From Scyliorhinus canicula (taxonomy: Eukaryota): a DNA stretch of 64,000 nucleotides. Shown here in pieces: positions 50,701 to 61,990 of the stretch. Each line of letters begins with the position of its first letter. Within the stretch, counting starts at the first letter, position 1. Made by a program: the position numbers and the translations under genes. The notes beneath the pieces were generated by a model. The model was not told the DNA's origin. It made no database searches and saw nothing but the letters and a program-made list of their open reading frames with translations. The DNA is taken from contig NC_052149.1 in the NCBI RefSeq assembly GCF_902713615.1, forward strand, positions 143,115,955 through 143,179,954, read 5' to 3'.

Positions 50701-51911
50701 CCTGAGGTGCTTGGGGCGTGACTGGTTGAGAGTGACTGCGCCGAGTTGCCGGTGTGGTCGGAGGTGGTGGGGTTGTCCCAAGATGGCTGGCCCCGTCGGT
50801 CGCAAGTGTCGGGCGGCAATGAAGATGGCGACCAAGATGGCGGCCCCTGTGAGTCGCACGTATTGGGTAGAGTCAAAGATGGCTGCCCCCACGGACAACA
50901 CAAGGCAGAAGACGCGTCCGGAGGGGGCAGAGCCGGCAGGCACACCGCAATGCTGCGGGGTCTGCGGGCCTGTGAATCTGAAGGTCGGGCCTGTGATTCA
51001 GAGGTTTTGGATCTGGCCAGGCAAACTTTGGCAAAGTGTCCTTTCTTGCCGCAGTCGCTGCAGGTCGCGTTCCGAGCTGGGCAACGCTGCCTGGGGTGCT
51101 GTCCGCAGAAATAGCAGGGCAGCACCCCGGGTTGGGCGGGCAGCCGCACGGCACAGGCCTGTGGCACCCTCTGGTCGGGTGGCCACGAGGGGGTTGCGTG
51201 GTCGGAGGGAAAAGCGTTGAGGCTCTGGAACGCTACTTCTAGGGAGGTGGATAGTTTTACTGTCTCTTCTAGGTCGAGGGTGCCCTTCTCGAGCAGGCGC
51301 TGTCTGACGCAGTTGGACCAGACTCCAGCCACATAGGCGTCCCGGATGGCAAGTACCATGTGTTGTGGGGCCGTGACAGCCTTGTAGTTGCAGCTTCGTG
51401 CAAGGACTTTGAGGTCGCGTAGGTAGTCCTCCAGCGATTCCCTGGGGCGTTGGCGGCAAGTGGTGAGGAGATGCCGCTCGAACACTTCGTTCACCGGCCT
51501 CACGTATTGCCCTTTCAGGATCGCGACCGCATCTGCGTACGCGGTCGCGTCCTCGATCTGCGCGGAGATTCTGTGGCTCATCCGGGCGTGGAGGACCACT
51601 TCCATCGCGATGTTGCAGCTGATTAAATTGATGCGACCATCAATTCACACGAGATGGAGAGTTGAAGTGAACAGTGGTTTTAATCAGCTAGAACTGTGCC
51701 TGCCTGTGACTGCTCTGTACTGAGTGCCGCCTGCAGGGCAGTAGATCTATATACCTCCCCTGAGGGGGCGGAGCCATGGGAGGAGCCTACAAGGGAACAC
51801 GATACAATGCGATGTAATGTGATACAATGGTCCATAGGTGGAGCCCCCAAGGGCAACAACATAGTACAATGCAATACAGTGGTGAATGGTTGCCGTAATA
51901 CATTCACCACA
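47702..51911 (-). mobile_element. Ty3/Gypsy LTR retrotransposon, two LTRs, decayed gag-PR-RT-RH-IN
   Basis: LTRs 51629-51911 (5') and 47702-47983 (3'), TG...CA ends, 5-bp TSD TAGCC (47697-47701, 51912-51916), PPT (AAAACAGGGGGTGAA) next to the 3' LTR. Gag knuckles CYFC..H..C and CSDCGKKGHFAKVC; protease LFDSGS; RT VDLKSAYHQ...LPFG...YLDN; RNase H RPVAFFSR..EKEA; integrase VVDEY..VHSDRG..GNGQVER. Frameshifts and deletions present. Inserted into a CR1. Confidence 0.95.
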
Positions 51912-52204
51912 TAGCCTCTATTTGGCCGTACTTCTCCTTTTACCATCCTTTACTATTTATAGGGTATAGAGGTCAGGGTGATCAACTCAGGGAAAATAAT
52001 AATGGACACTTTGCAGAAAGAGCAGGATGGTGAGTTGACCAAGCTGCTGCAGCAGAGGGGTGCATGTTGCTGACAAGGCCTGAGGATTGGGTGGTAGGTG
52101 ATACTGGTGAGACTTGAGTGGTGGGTGGTGTTCTCGAGCTATGAAGAACAGGGGTGCAAGAAATGGCTGAAGATACCGAATGCTGCAAAGAGTGAGGATA
52201 CGGA

Positions 52205-53685
52205 CAATATACGACAATATTACTGAAAACCTGTGCTCCAGAACTTTCCATGCCCCTGCCAATCTTTCCCAGTACAGTTACAACACTGGCATCTACCTGG
52301 CAATGTAGAAACTTTGACAGGTAGGTCCTGTCCACAAAAAGCAGGAGAAAAATCCACCCAGCCAATTTCCATCCTTTCATGTACTCTTTTGATCAACAGT
52401 AAAGTGATGGAAGGGTCATCAACAGTGCTATCAAGCAGCAGTTTCTGAATAATAACTTGTTTCCTGATGCTCACTATGGGTTCTCAGGGCCACTCAGCTC
52501 CTGATCGCATTACCGCCTGGGTTTAAACATGGACATAAGAGCTGAATTCCAATGGTGAGGTGAGAGTGACTGCCCTTGACATCAAGGCAGCATTTGACTG
52601 AGAGTGGCATAAAGGAGCCCAAGCAAAATTGGAGGCAATGGGAATCAGGGGGGAAAACTCTCCGTTGAAGTCATACCTAGCACAGAGGAAAATGGTTATT
52701 GTTGTTTGAGGTCAATCATCTTAGATCCAGGACATCATTGCAAGAGCTCCTCAGGGTAGTATATTTGGCCTAAACAACTTCAGCTGCTTCATCATTGATC
52801 TTCCTTCCATCATAAGTTCAGAAGTGGGGATGTTTGTTGAAAATTGCACAATGTTCAGCACCGTTCACAACTCCTCAGATACTGAAGCAGTCCATGTACA
52901 AACTCAGCAAAACCTGGACAATAGCCAGGCTTTGAGTCACAAGGGGCAGATAGCATTTGCAGCACATAAGTGTCAAGCAAGGACTATGTCCACCAAGAGA
53001 GAATGTAACCATTGCCCCAGGACATTCAATGGCATTACCATCCTCAAATTCCCATATCATTATCCTGAGGTTTACCATTGGAAAGAAGCTGAACTGGACT
53101 AGCTATATGAATACTGTGGTTACAAGAGCATGTCAGAAGCTAGGAATCCTGCGCCAAGTAACTCACCCCATGACTGCCCAAAGTCTGTCCACCATCTACA
53201 AGGCACAAGTGTGATGAAATATTCTCCATTTGTCTGGATGAGTGCAGGTCCAACAAAACCCAAGAAGCTCGACACCATCTAGGACAAAACAGGCAACTTG
53301 ATTGGCACCCCAACCAAGAATATTCACTCTCTCCACCATCAGCATACTGTGGCAATAGTGTGTACCATCTACAAGATGTACTGCAGGAACTCACCAAGGC
53401 TCCTAAGGCAGTACCTTCCAAACCCATGACCGACACCATAGGTACATGGGAACATCGCCACCTGCAAGTTCCCCTCCAAGCCATCCTGATTTGGAAATAT
53501 ATCACCATTCCTTCGCTGTCACTGGGTCAAAATCCTGGAATACCCTAACTTCGCCGTGGCTGTACCTGCACCACATGGACCATTGCTGTTCAAAAAGGCA
53601 GCTCACCATCATCTTCTCAAGGACAATTAGAGATGAGCAAAAATGTTGGCCTTGCCAGCAATGCCCACATCCCATAAATGAATAC
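52205..53685 (+). mobile_element. Old CR1/L2-group LINE RT fragment
   Basis: Decayed PISILS..SKVMEG, ALDIKAAFD, PQGSIFGL motifs. Confidence 0.75.
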
Positions 53686-54356
53686 AAGATCGGACCAACA
53701 GAGCGATCTACTTGGTTCACCGCCCCTTTCAGACTTTTCTTGAACCTCCTTTCCTGCCCAGACCTCTCCCCTCCACATCTCTTCATGGCTTCCCAGATCC
53801 TTCCCCTCCTTGTCAGAGATACCAAAACCTCTCTCCTCCCCTCACCCTCAGCACCTGGACCTGAGAAGGCCACCCAGATTCAGAGACCCCCCACCAGCCC
53901 AAAGCATTGCTGAGTGCAGCAACCACTTCCGATCCAGATACAACCCAGACAGAGTTGAATGATTGCATCCCAAAGCCCCATTTGTAGAAAACCAGAGAAG
54001 AGCGATGCTGGCCATTGCTGCTGTTCCTTTGTGGTTGTGTCTGCTGGTACAATCGCAGATGATGTTACTACTAGACAAGTCAGATCCCAGGATGAACCTG
54101 GCTTGATTGATCCCAACTTATATGTTTTGATTAGATACATGGATGAACAAAGTCACAGGGCTTCCCATGAACATTTAAAAAAAGAATAGAACATGTATTA
54201 AGCAAGAAAAGATTAACTATCATCCTATACATCTTCCCCACAACTATAACTTTACAGGTATTATTTGTAAAGATAAAACAAGTTACGAAATCTATCTTAT
54301 ACCATACTTATAATGATCACAGTAAGTAGATGATCCATGTGAGCAGGGGAGTGGGG

Positions 54357-54664
54357 GAGACACAGTAGTTAGCTCTGCTACTTCACAGCACTAGGGACCC
54401 GGGTTCAATTCCAGCTTTCGGTGACTGTCTGTGTGGAGTTTGCATGTTCTCCTGTGTCTGTATGACTTTCCTCCAGGTGCTCCAGTCTAAAGATGCACAA
54501 GTTAGGTGGATTGGCCATGCTAAAATTGCCCCTTTGTGTTCAAAGATGGGGTTAGGGTGACAGAGCAGGGGAGTGGGCCAAGGTAGGGTGCTCTTTCAAA
54601 GGATTAGTGCAGATGGCAAATGGTCTCCTTCTACAACGTAAGGAATATACGATTGATTCTATGA
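54357..54664 (+). mobile_element. HE1-type V-SINE
   Basis: Head-core-tail. Confidence 0.85.
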
Positions 54665-54854
54665 TTAGGCAAAATGTGGTCAGACACCCCACAATCTGAA
54701 ACCAAGTGACAGATGTCAGTCAATGCAACGTCTGCGGATTTCTCATCAATTCCCCCCAGACACTTGTCACATTGTGAGCCAACTGATCTCACTGGAACCC
54801 TGGCTTTCACATAAGGGTTTCCAAACTCCAGTACTGGCAGTCAGAGAGATTTAG

Positions 54855-55155
54855 CTGTACAGGTCCATAGGTCACTGAAAGGGGCAACACAGGTGGAGAA
54901 GGTAGTCAAGAAAGCATACGGCATGCTTGCCTTCATTGGCCAGGGCACTGAGTATAAAAAATTGGCAAGTCATGTTGCAGCTGTATAGAACCTTAGTTAG
55001 GCCACACTTGGAGTATAGTGTTCAATTCTGGTCGCCACACTACCGGAAGGATGTGGAGGCTTTACAGAGGGTGCAGAAGAGATTTACCAGGATGTTGCCT
55101 GGAATGGAGGGCATTAGCTATGAGGAGCGGTTGAATAAACTCAGTTTGTTCTCAC
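54855..55155 (+). mobile_element. CR1 internal fragment
   Basis: VMLQLYRTLVRPHLEYSVQFWSPHYRKDV. Confidence 0.9.
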
Positions 55156-56006
55156 CATCCTTCTAATTAGCTCAGATGTCTAGCTTCTCACAAGCTTTCT
55201 TTAAATCTGGTTCCTGCAGCTGTCTCTTTAATCCAGAGTCCTTTCTCTGCCAATTACTTTAATTTCCCTGAACAAAACTTTGTTCACATTTCTGTTCTTT
55301 GTTCCTTTGACAAAACTGTCTTCTTGAGACATTCTTTTGTCCCCCACTTCCTGGTTTCCGGGACTTTGTTTTGTTCTTTTCGGAAATCGGCTCTCTGGAG
55401 TTCCCTGTCCTGTGCCCAGCTGCTCCAGGCATTAACTGACTGAAAAGCTCTTGCTGTCTCAGGGTGGCTCCTGGTTGCTAAGCAACAGCCAAGATGTTTT
55501 TAAACCATTGTCGTAAAACCCTCACTACAATACAGGGATCTGAACCAAACAGAAGTAATTAACCCTTCTTAACAAAAACATATAAACACAAAATAAAGCT
55601 TACTTAAATTATTTCCAATGCCCAGAAAAAACAAATATAAATGACTGAAAACTGCCTCTATTTCCTGACACTGCACATATACACTCTACCAGCTCGGGGC
55701 TGTGCATGCGCAAATACTAGCCATGATTGGGCAGCGATGAGAGGAGATATCCTGGGCAAATGGCATCTTGGGAAGCCCACAACCAAATCACAAACAGGTC
55801 AAATTCCAGCATGGTCTCGGAAAATCTTTCACCCTGATAGAAGACTTTTGGCCTCCCCTTATGTTGGCTGTCAGTCTCTTCTCATGCTTTCTGTTCGATT
55901 TTTCACTTTCTTTCTGAATTTACTCCTCCGTTATACTCCTTCATGCAGCTCTGAATAAAACGACAGAAAATTGCCAGATACATTCAAAACATACATAAAA
56001 ATGCTT

Positions 56007-56310
56007 CACGGTGATAGTGGTTAGCACTGCTGCCTCACAGCTCCAGGGTCCCACGTTCGATTTCCCGCTGGGTCACTGTCTGTGTGGAACTTGCACGTTC
56101 TCCCCGTGTCTGCGTGGGTTTACTCCGAGTGCTCTGATTTCCTCCCACAATCCAAAAATGTGCAGGCTAAATTGGCCCATAGTGTCCAAAAGGCTGCATC
56201 GGGTTACTTGGTTACAGGGATTGGGTGGAAGCCTGGGCAAGGTGCTCTTCCCAGGGGCCGGGCAGACTGAATGGGCCGAATGGCCTCCTCCGGCATTGTA
56301 AATTCTATGA
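56007..56310 (+). mobile_element. HE1-type V-SINE abutting the CLINT1 promoter
   Basis: Head-core-tail. Confidence 0.88.
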
Positions 56311-56344
56311 AAACATGGTCAGTTCTTATCCATTGCACCCCCAC

Positions 56345-57010
56345 TCCCCAACCATTGGCACAAAGATGAAGAACGCCCGCGTACGCTTTTTGGACGTGTA
56401 GCTGCTGAGCCACTTGTTGCGGTTGGAACACGCCCCTGGGGCGTGTGTGTATGAGACGGCAGCGTGGGCGACGGGCGGGGCTCAAGGTGCTGCGCGCGGG
56501 AACACGGGGGGAGGGTGCCTCTGCGCGCAAGGGGCGGGGTCTGTTCGGTGACGCAGCAAATGTTGGTCGGCGTGATGACGTTTAGACGTGTTGACGTCTT
56601 GACTGGTTGGTAGCCGGGTGCCTGGAGGAAGAGGAGGAGGGAGTATTGGGTCAGAGGGGGTGGTTTGCCTACCTGGCTACCCCTTTTCGTGTTCACCAAG
56701 TCCTCGCTGTGAATTATTGGGTTACTTTACCTCAGCAGCAGTAGTAGTGGCAGCGGCGGGCGGTCGTGGTGGGGGGGGAGGAGAGGGAGTGAGTGAAAGT
56801 AGATCAAATTGCCGGACGGGGAGCGAAGGCCGCTGTGGAAGCGAGAGGAGGCAAAGATGCTGAACATGTGGAAAATGCGCGAGCTGGTGGATAAGGCGTG
56901 AGTAGATCATGGCGGGCGGTTAAAATGAGCGGAAAGGCGAAAGTTGGTGGCGGCTCCTTCGGGTCGGAGGTGACACGTCAGTGGGTGCGCGACGTCAGGC
57001 CCAGCCACTG
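56345..57010 (+). promoter_or_regulatory. CpG-island promoter / 5'UTR / intron-1 start of CLINT1
   Basis: Non-repeat CpG-rich block around exon 1. GC box GGGGCGGGG 56531-56539; ATTGG near 56354; TGCGCGC NRF1-like words; CRE/ATF-like TGACG at 56549, 56576, 56592; TGACACGTCA 56971-56980; GACGTCA 56991-56997. No obvious TATA; TSS cannot be determined. Confidence 0.8.
56857..56897 (+). CDS. CLINT1: Clathrin interactor 1 (epsinR/enthoprotin), coding part of exon 1
   Basis: ATG CTG AAC ATG TGG AAA ATG CGC GAG CTG GTG GAT AAG GC|GTGAGT = MLNMWKMRELVDKA. This matches the vertebrate CLINT1 N-terminus as I recall it (MLNMWKVRELVDKA). 41 coding nt end at a canonical phase-2 GTGAGT donor (56898); A at -3; lies in a CpG island. 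Too short for the ORF track. Exon 2 (TNVVMNYSE...) was not found in the window. Confidence 0.95.
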
Positions 57011-57164
57011 TCATGGCCTCCCCTGAGTGGCATCCTGCACCTCCACTCCTTCACAACCATTCTACTTCCCTGTCACCATGAGTAACGGGAGCATTCCTTT
57101 TCAACACCCCCCCCCCCCCCCCCGTTGTGCCAATGTCCGGGTCCAGTGCACATCTGATGCCGAA

Positions 57165-57510
57165 ACTCCCAATCCAAAGACTTGAGCACATCACCTGGAG
57201 CCGGCACTCTTTAGTGCAATGCCGTGGGAGTGCCTCCCTGTCGGAGCGGCTGTACTTTGGACTCGACGTTAAAATCGAGACCCCCTCAGATGCGCATGAA
57301 TGATCCCAAGGACACTATTTCGAAGGAGTGCAGGGGTGTTCTTCCTGTTGTCATGGCCAGTGTTTATCCCCTAGGCCGGCATCACTAAAAGGCAGATAAT
57401 ATTGGTCGTAAATCTCGATACTTTTTAATGAGATTTTGCTGTGTGTAAATTGGCAGACACTGCCCACATAAATGAGGGATGACACTTCGTAGTGAAGTGC
57501 TATGTGATGT
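57165..57510 (+). mobile_element. Ancient DeuSINE (SacSINE1-like)
   Basis: Recalled Deu-domain words GACTTGAGCAC, GACGTTAAA..CGAG.CCCC, GATCCCA.GG.ACTATTTCGAAG, TTTATCCC. Confidence 0.7.
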
Positions 57511-58736
57511 CTCCCTCAACACAGATTATTGCATTTTTTCACTTGCCTCACTTGTACCTTGGATTATAGTGTTAATGTCAAATTCTGTTTATCTGGAACC
57601 TTTGATGATCTTTGTTAGAAAGGGAATTGCTTTCAACAATCTTGTCTGTGTATAATTGAATCCATAAGCTTGCAATGACAGATTGTCAAAGTCTGATTAT
57701 ATTATCTGGTAGGACAGAATTCTAATGTATTTTGTGCAAAAGTATTCTACGATTATGTCTCAATTTATTCTGAAAAGCTGCAAACCATTGGCCTATTTTG
57801 AAGTTTATTGATACGGACCTGGTTTAGTGCCAAGCAGAATAAGCGAAGAGTTTCAAAGTTTGTCAAATTGGGCTCACTTGGAGTGATAATTGTTATCACT
57901 TTTAGAGTATGGCCTTATTCCAAAAAATAAGCGCAACTTCATATATTTGAATCAGTGTCGATGTTTCCACTCATAAATATTCTTAATGCTATCATTGCCT
58001 CTAACCACAGCACTTAAATCCATCCATCTTCCCAACTCAAATATTCGGATAAAAGCAAAATAGTGCAGATGCTGAAAATCTGAAATAAAACAGAAAATAC
58101 TAGAAAACCTCAGCATGTCTGGTATCTGTGGAGAGAAACAAATTTAATGTTTTGAGTTTGTATGACTCTTCGCTGTCTATTCAAATATTTGAATGCTTGC
58201 TGTAGGCAAATCGGCTGTGACGTTTCCTACATTCCAACAGTGACCATATTTTGCAAAATACTTAATTGGCGGCAAACAGTTGAGATTTCTGCTGGTTGTG
58301 AAAGTTGCTGTATGAATGCAAGACTTTTTACATGGTGTATACAAAAAATCTATTTGCAGTTCTTGGTACTTCATTTTTTTAGTCAAATTGAAAGGTTTGT
58401 AATTGCCCAGCTTTTTGGTGTCTAAAGCATCTGTCATATTCCCCAGCAAGTTTGACATCAATTCGTACATTTAGCCGCCGTGTGCTTTTCCTGAGGCTGG
58501 AAAGACTGCTGACCATTGTACCACACATTTGTTCCTGGTAATACTTAATTACTGACCGTTTTCCTGTTTTCTTTTTATACTGGTATTTAGGGTTACCACA
58601 TTGACAACTAGTTTTGGATTGTAAAATCCTGTTTTTATTTGATGCAGGATATGTGGAAATTTTCTAAAATGTAAACAAACAACAAGCCTGATTTTAAAAA
58701 AAAATCAAAGTTGATGGCCTTCTACCCCATTTGGAA

Positions 58737-59053
58737 GAACATACAGTGCAGAAGAAGGCTATTTGGCCCATCATGTCTGCACCGACCCACTGAAGCCCTC
58801 ACTTCCACCCTATCCCTGTCACCCAATAACCCTTCATAACCTTTTTGGTCACGAAGGACAATTTATCATGGCCAATCCACCTAATCTGCACGACTTTGGA
58901 CTGAGAGGGGAAACCGGAGCACCTGGAGAAAACCCACGCAGACACGGGGAGAACATGCAAACTCTGCACAGACAGTGACCCAGCAGGGAATCGAACCTGG
59001 GACCCTGGCGCTGTGAAGTCACAGTGGTATCCACTTGTGCTACCGTGCTGCCC
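58737..59053 (-). mobile_element. HE1-type V-SINE in intron 1
   Basis: Head-core-tail. Confidence 0.9.
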
Positions 59054-59173
59054 ACTAAGAAATGGAATACATAACATTTCAATATTTAACAGAAAATCAA
59101 TATGATTATGTTTACAAAAATGCATAATCACCAAATCAAATTGAGCTATCTCCAAATTTAAATGTGAACTACT

Positions 59174-59317
59174 GGGAGAGGGGGGTGGGGGTGGGAGAGG
59201 GGGGTGGGAGAGGGAGACGGGGGTGGGAGACGGGGGTGGGAGAGGGGGGGTGGGAGAGGGGGGTGGGGGTGGAAGAGGGGGTTGGGGGGGGGGGGGGAAG
59301 AGGGGGGGTGGGGTGGT
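59174..59317 (+). repeat. G-rich simple repeat (GGGAGAGGGGGGT-like)
   Basis: More than 15 consecutive G-runs. Confidence 0.9.
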
Positions 59318-60336
59318 GCAGACAGGTTGGCAAGAAAGTGGAATTGAGACAACAACCAGATCAGCCATGACCTAATTGAATGGCGGAGCAATTTTGAATG
59401 GCCTTCTGCTCCCATGGACTTTGGTCCTATGTGCAAAATTATGCACACTTTCATGAGTTTATCAACAAAATTTTTATATCAGAAAATATTTACTTGAAAT
59501 GACCTTCAAAAAATGACATATTATGTATTTTACTTTTCACAATTTACACACAAGAATTTGGTTAGTCTGCAGGTGATAATGTAAACAATGATGAACTCTC
59601 GGACTTCATTAGTCATGGACCCAATGACAACTGCTCATTGTTTTCCCTCCTCAAAGACGGGGTGCAGTTCCAGAGGCCCTGTAAGATATTGTTTAAAAGG
59701 CCATTATTCATTTGTGAGCAGGCTGTTCAACTCTGGAGAACGTTAAAGCTCAACCCTGTGCTGTAAGCATGATCAACCTGTTCCACAAGAGAAGGCGTTA
59801 CATTCCAGCACCCAATATCTCCACGTCCACATTCCAACGTTGTTACCTGGATTTTCTTTTTAATAGGCACAGATCTGTTTTCAGATCCACTGGTAGGAAT
59901 ATCTTGTTTGTCAAGTAGAGCTGTTTCATCAGAGGAAAGCAAGAGAAAGAAACTGCCTCAAACAATTGAGCCATTTCAGACCTATGGGTTTTCTGCTTTG
60001 CAATATTTGACAGTTGAAGAAGAAGCAAACCAAAATTGTGTTGACAAGTTGATGTGTATCAATGCATTTTTTTAACTTGACCTCCCCACCCCTTTCCAAA
60101 CACACAGAAACATCTGCTTTGGGTAGAGAGAGAGAGTAGCTGAGCAATACAGATCAGGAAGCCTTGTAATCTCTGGGCTGTGCTGAATTCCATCTGGGTA
60201 GCAGTATTGGTGCTACAGTTGGCTTTGGGGCTTCTCTGTTAGGAAAGGGATAAATGACAAGGCATTTTGACATCATTTTGTCTAGTGATTGTTGTTGGAA
60301 GTCTGTGTTTGGAGTGAGGACAAGATTGAGGCCCAG

Positions 60337-61100
60337 GCAGCACGGTGGCACAGTGGTTAGCATTGCTGCCTACAACGCTGAGGACCCGGGTTCGAATCCC
60401 GGCCCTGGGTCACTATCTGTGTGGAGTTTGCACGTTCTCCCCGTGTTTGCGTGGGTTTCACCCCCACAACCCAAAGATGTGCAGGTTAGGGGCTTTTCAC
60501 AGTAACTTCATTGCAGTGTTAATGTAAGCCTACTTGTGAAAATAATAAAGATTATTATTATTATTTATACCAGAAGAGTCAATTGCCTCCTCTCCCCTGA
60601 AGTAACCTGGCTTGTTGAGAGCCTCCAATGTTTTTGGTTTCAAGTTTCCAGCATCTGCAAGAATTTGCTTCTTCATCCTTCTTTATAAGTAAATTGCTGA
60701 AAGGTATTGCATAAGGGGCAGCAGGGTAGCATGGTGGTTAGCATAAATGCTTCACAGCTCCAGGGTCCCAGGTTCGATTCCCGGCTGGGTCACTGTCTGT
60801 GTGGAGTCTGCACGTCCTCCCCGTGTGTGCGTGGGTTTCCTCCGGGTGCTCCGGTTTCCTCCCACAGTCCAAAGATGTGCAAGTTAGGTGGATTGGCCAT
60901 GCTAAATTGCCCGTACTGTATGGTTAATGGGGGGATTGTTGGGTTACGGGTATACGGGTTACGTGGGTTTAAGTAGGGTGATCATTGCTCGGCACAACAT
61001 CGAGGGCCGAAGGGCCTGTTCTGTGCTGTACTGTTCTATGTTCTATGTAGGTAGATTGGCCATGCTAAATTGCCCCTTAATTGGAAAAACTAAATAAAAA
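60337..61100 (+). mobile_element. Composite SINE: A-tailed SINE split by a ~560-bp insert
   Basis: Outer TSD AAGATTGAGGCCCAG (60322-60336, 61101-61115); contains a full SINE at 60716-61047. Confidence 0.9.
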
Positions 61101-61143
61101 AAGATTGAGGCCCAGAAGTCACCGTACCCTGATGACATTTAGT

Positions 61144-61315
61144 GGGTGGGATTTTCCACCCATCCCCTGTGGTGTGTTTAGTGGTGGCGGCCCACCGTTG
61201 ACTGCCAAAGATCCTGTCACTGCCAACCCCCTACCTCTGGGGAAACCCATAGTGGGGGTTTGCCATAGGTTGGACCAGAATTTCCGCCGGTGGGAACAGC
61301 CGGAGAATTCCAGCC
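61144..61315. mobile_element. Short Harbinger-type MITE
   Basis: GGGTGGGATTTTCC...GGAGAATTCCAGCC imperfect TIRs. Confidence 0.6.
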
Positions 61316-61824
61316 GCTGTGTAGATTCACATGTGGAGGACAAAGACTGTGACTGGTACATAGAAAATTATACATCTGTGAAGAGTCAACACCTTCAGGG
61401 CCAAAGGATTGGGGTAAAGTTGATGGAGAAAGGAGTCATAAAAAGCACAATCAGCATTATATTGGAGTGACACTTCTTGCATTATCCAAGACTGTGTTGT
61501 TTGCTATGGTTAATGCAATGTTGCCTGTTGATTTTAGCTCTCACTTGCATGTGTACTGTGTTACGGCACCCGGACTAGTGCACGGTCAATTCCAGCCCCA
61601 TTCAACCTGGAGTCTCAACACAATTGAATTAACCAATGATTCTTAGAAAAATACCTGAAGTCTTTGGCCCTTGGCTTCCCAATAATTACAGTCACCAGGT
61701 TTGTAAATACAAACACAATTTCCCTTTTTTATTAACAAGAACTGTAATTAAATATGCGGCAAATACAACTGGTTAACTATTATCTAATTCCCCACTTAAA
61801 CTTGTCCTCCACTCTCTACACAAA

Positions 61825-61990
61825 TCATTAAATGGTTTCAAGAAAGAGATGGATATATTTCAAATAAACAGATTAAAACGATATGGGAACAGACAGGAGG
61901 TGGATGTGAGATCAACCATTATCTGATTGATTGGCAGAGCAGGCTCAATAGGGCTGAATAGGTGACTTCTCCTAATTCCTATGTTCCTAC
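61825..61990 (+). mobile_element. CR1 3' end
   Basis: GGCAGAGCAGGCTC..GGGCTGAAT..TTCCTATGTTCCTA tail. Confidence 0.7.

Larger units (their letters stand above)
54063..55670 (-). mobile_element. Possible long solo LTR, interrupted by SINE and CR1
   Basis: TGTTA...TGACA ends and composition like 14675-15954 and 61559-61820; no TSD found. Confidence 0.35.

Noticed and set aside
47702-51911. Endogenous retrovirus or Gmr1-type element
   Set aside because: No env is present and the domain order is PR-RT-RH-IN, the standard Gypsy arrangement.
56618-56863. 81-aa upstream ORF in the CLINT1 5' region
   Set aside because: Starts at GTG, low-complexity GC-rich sequence, no support.
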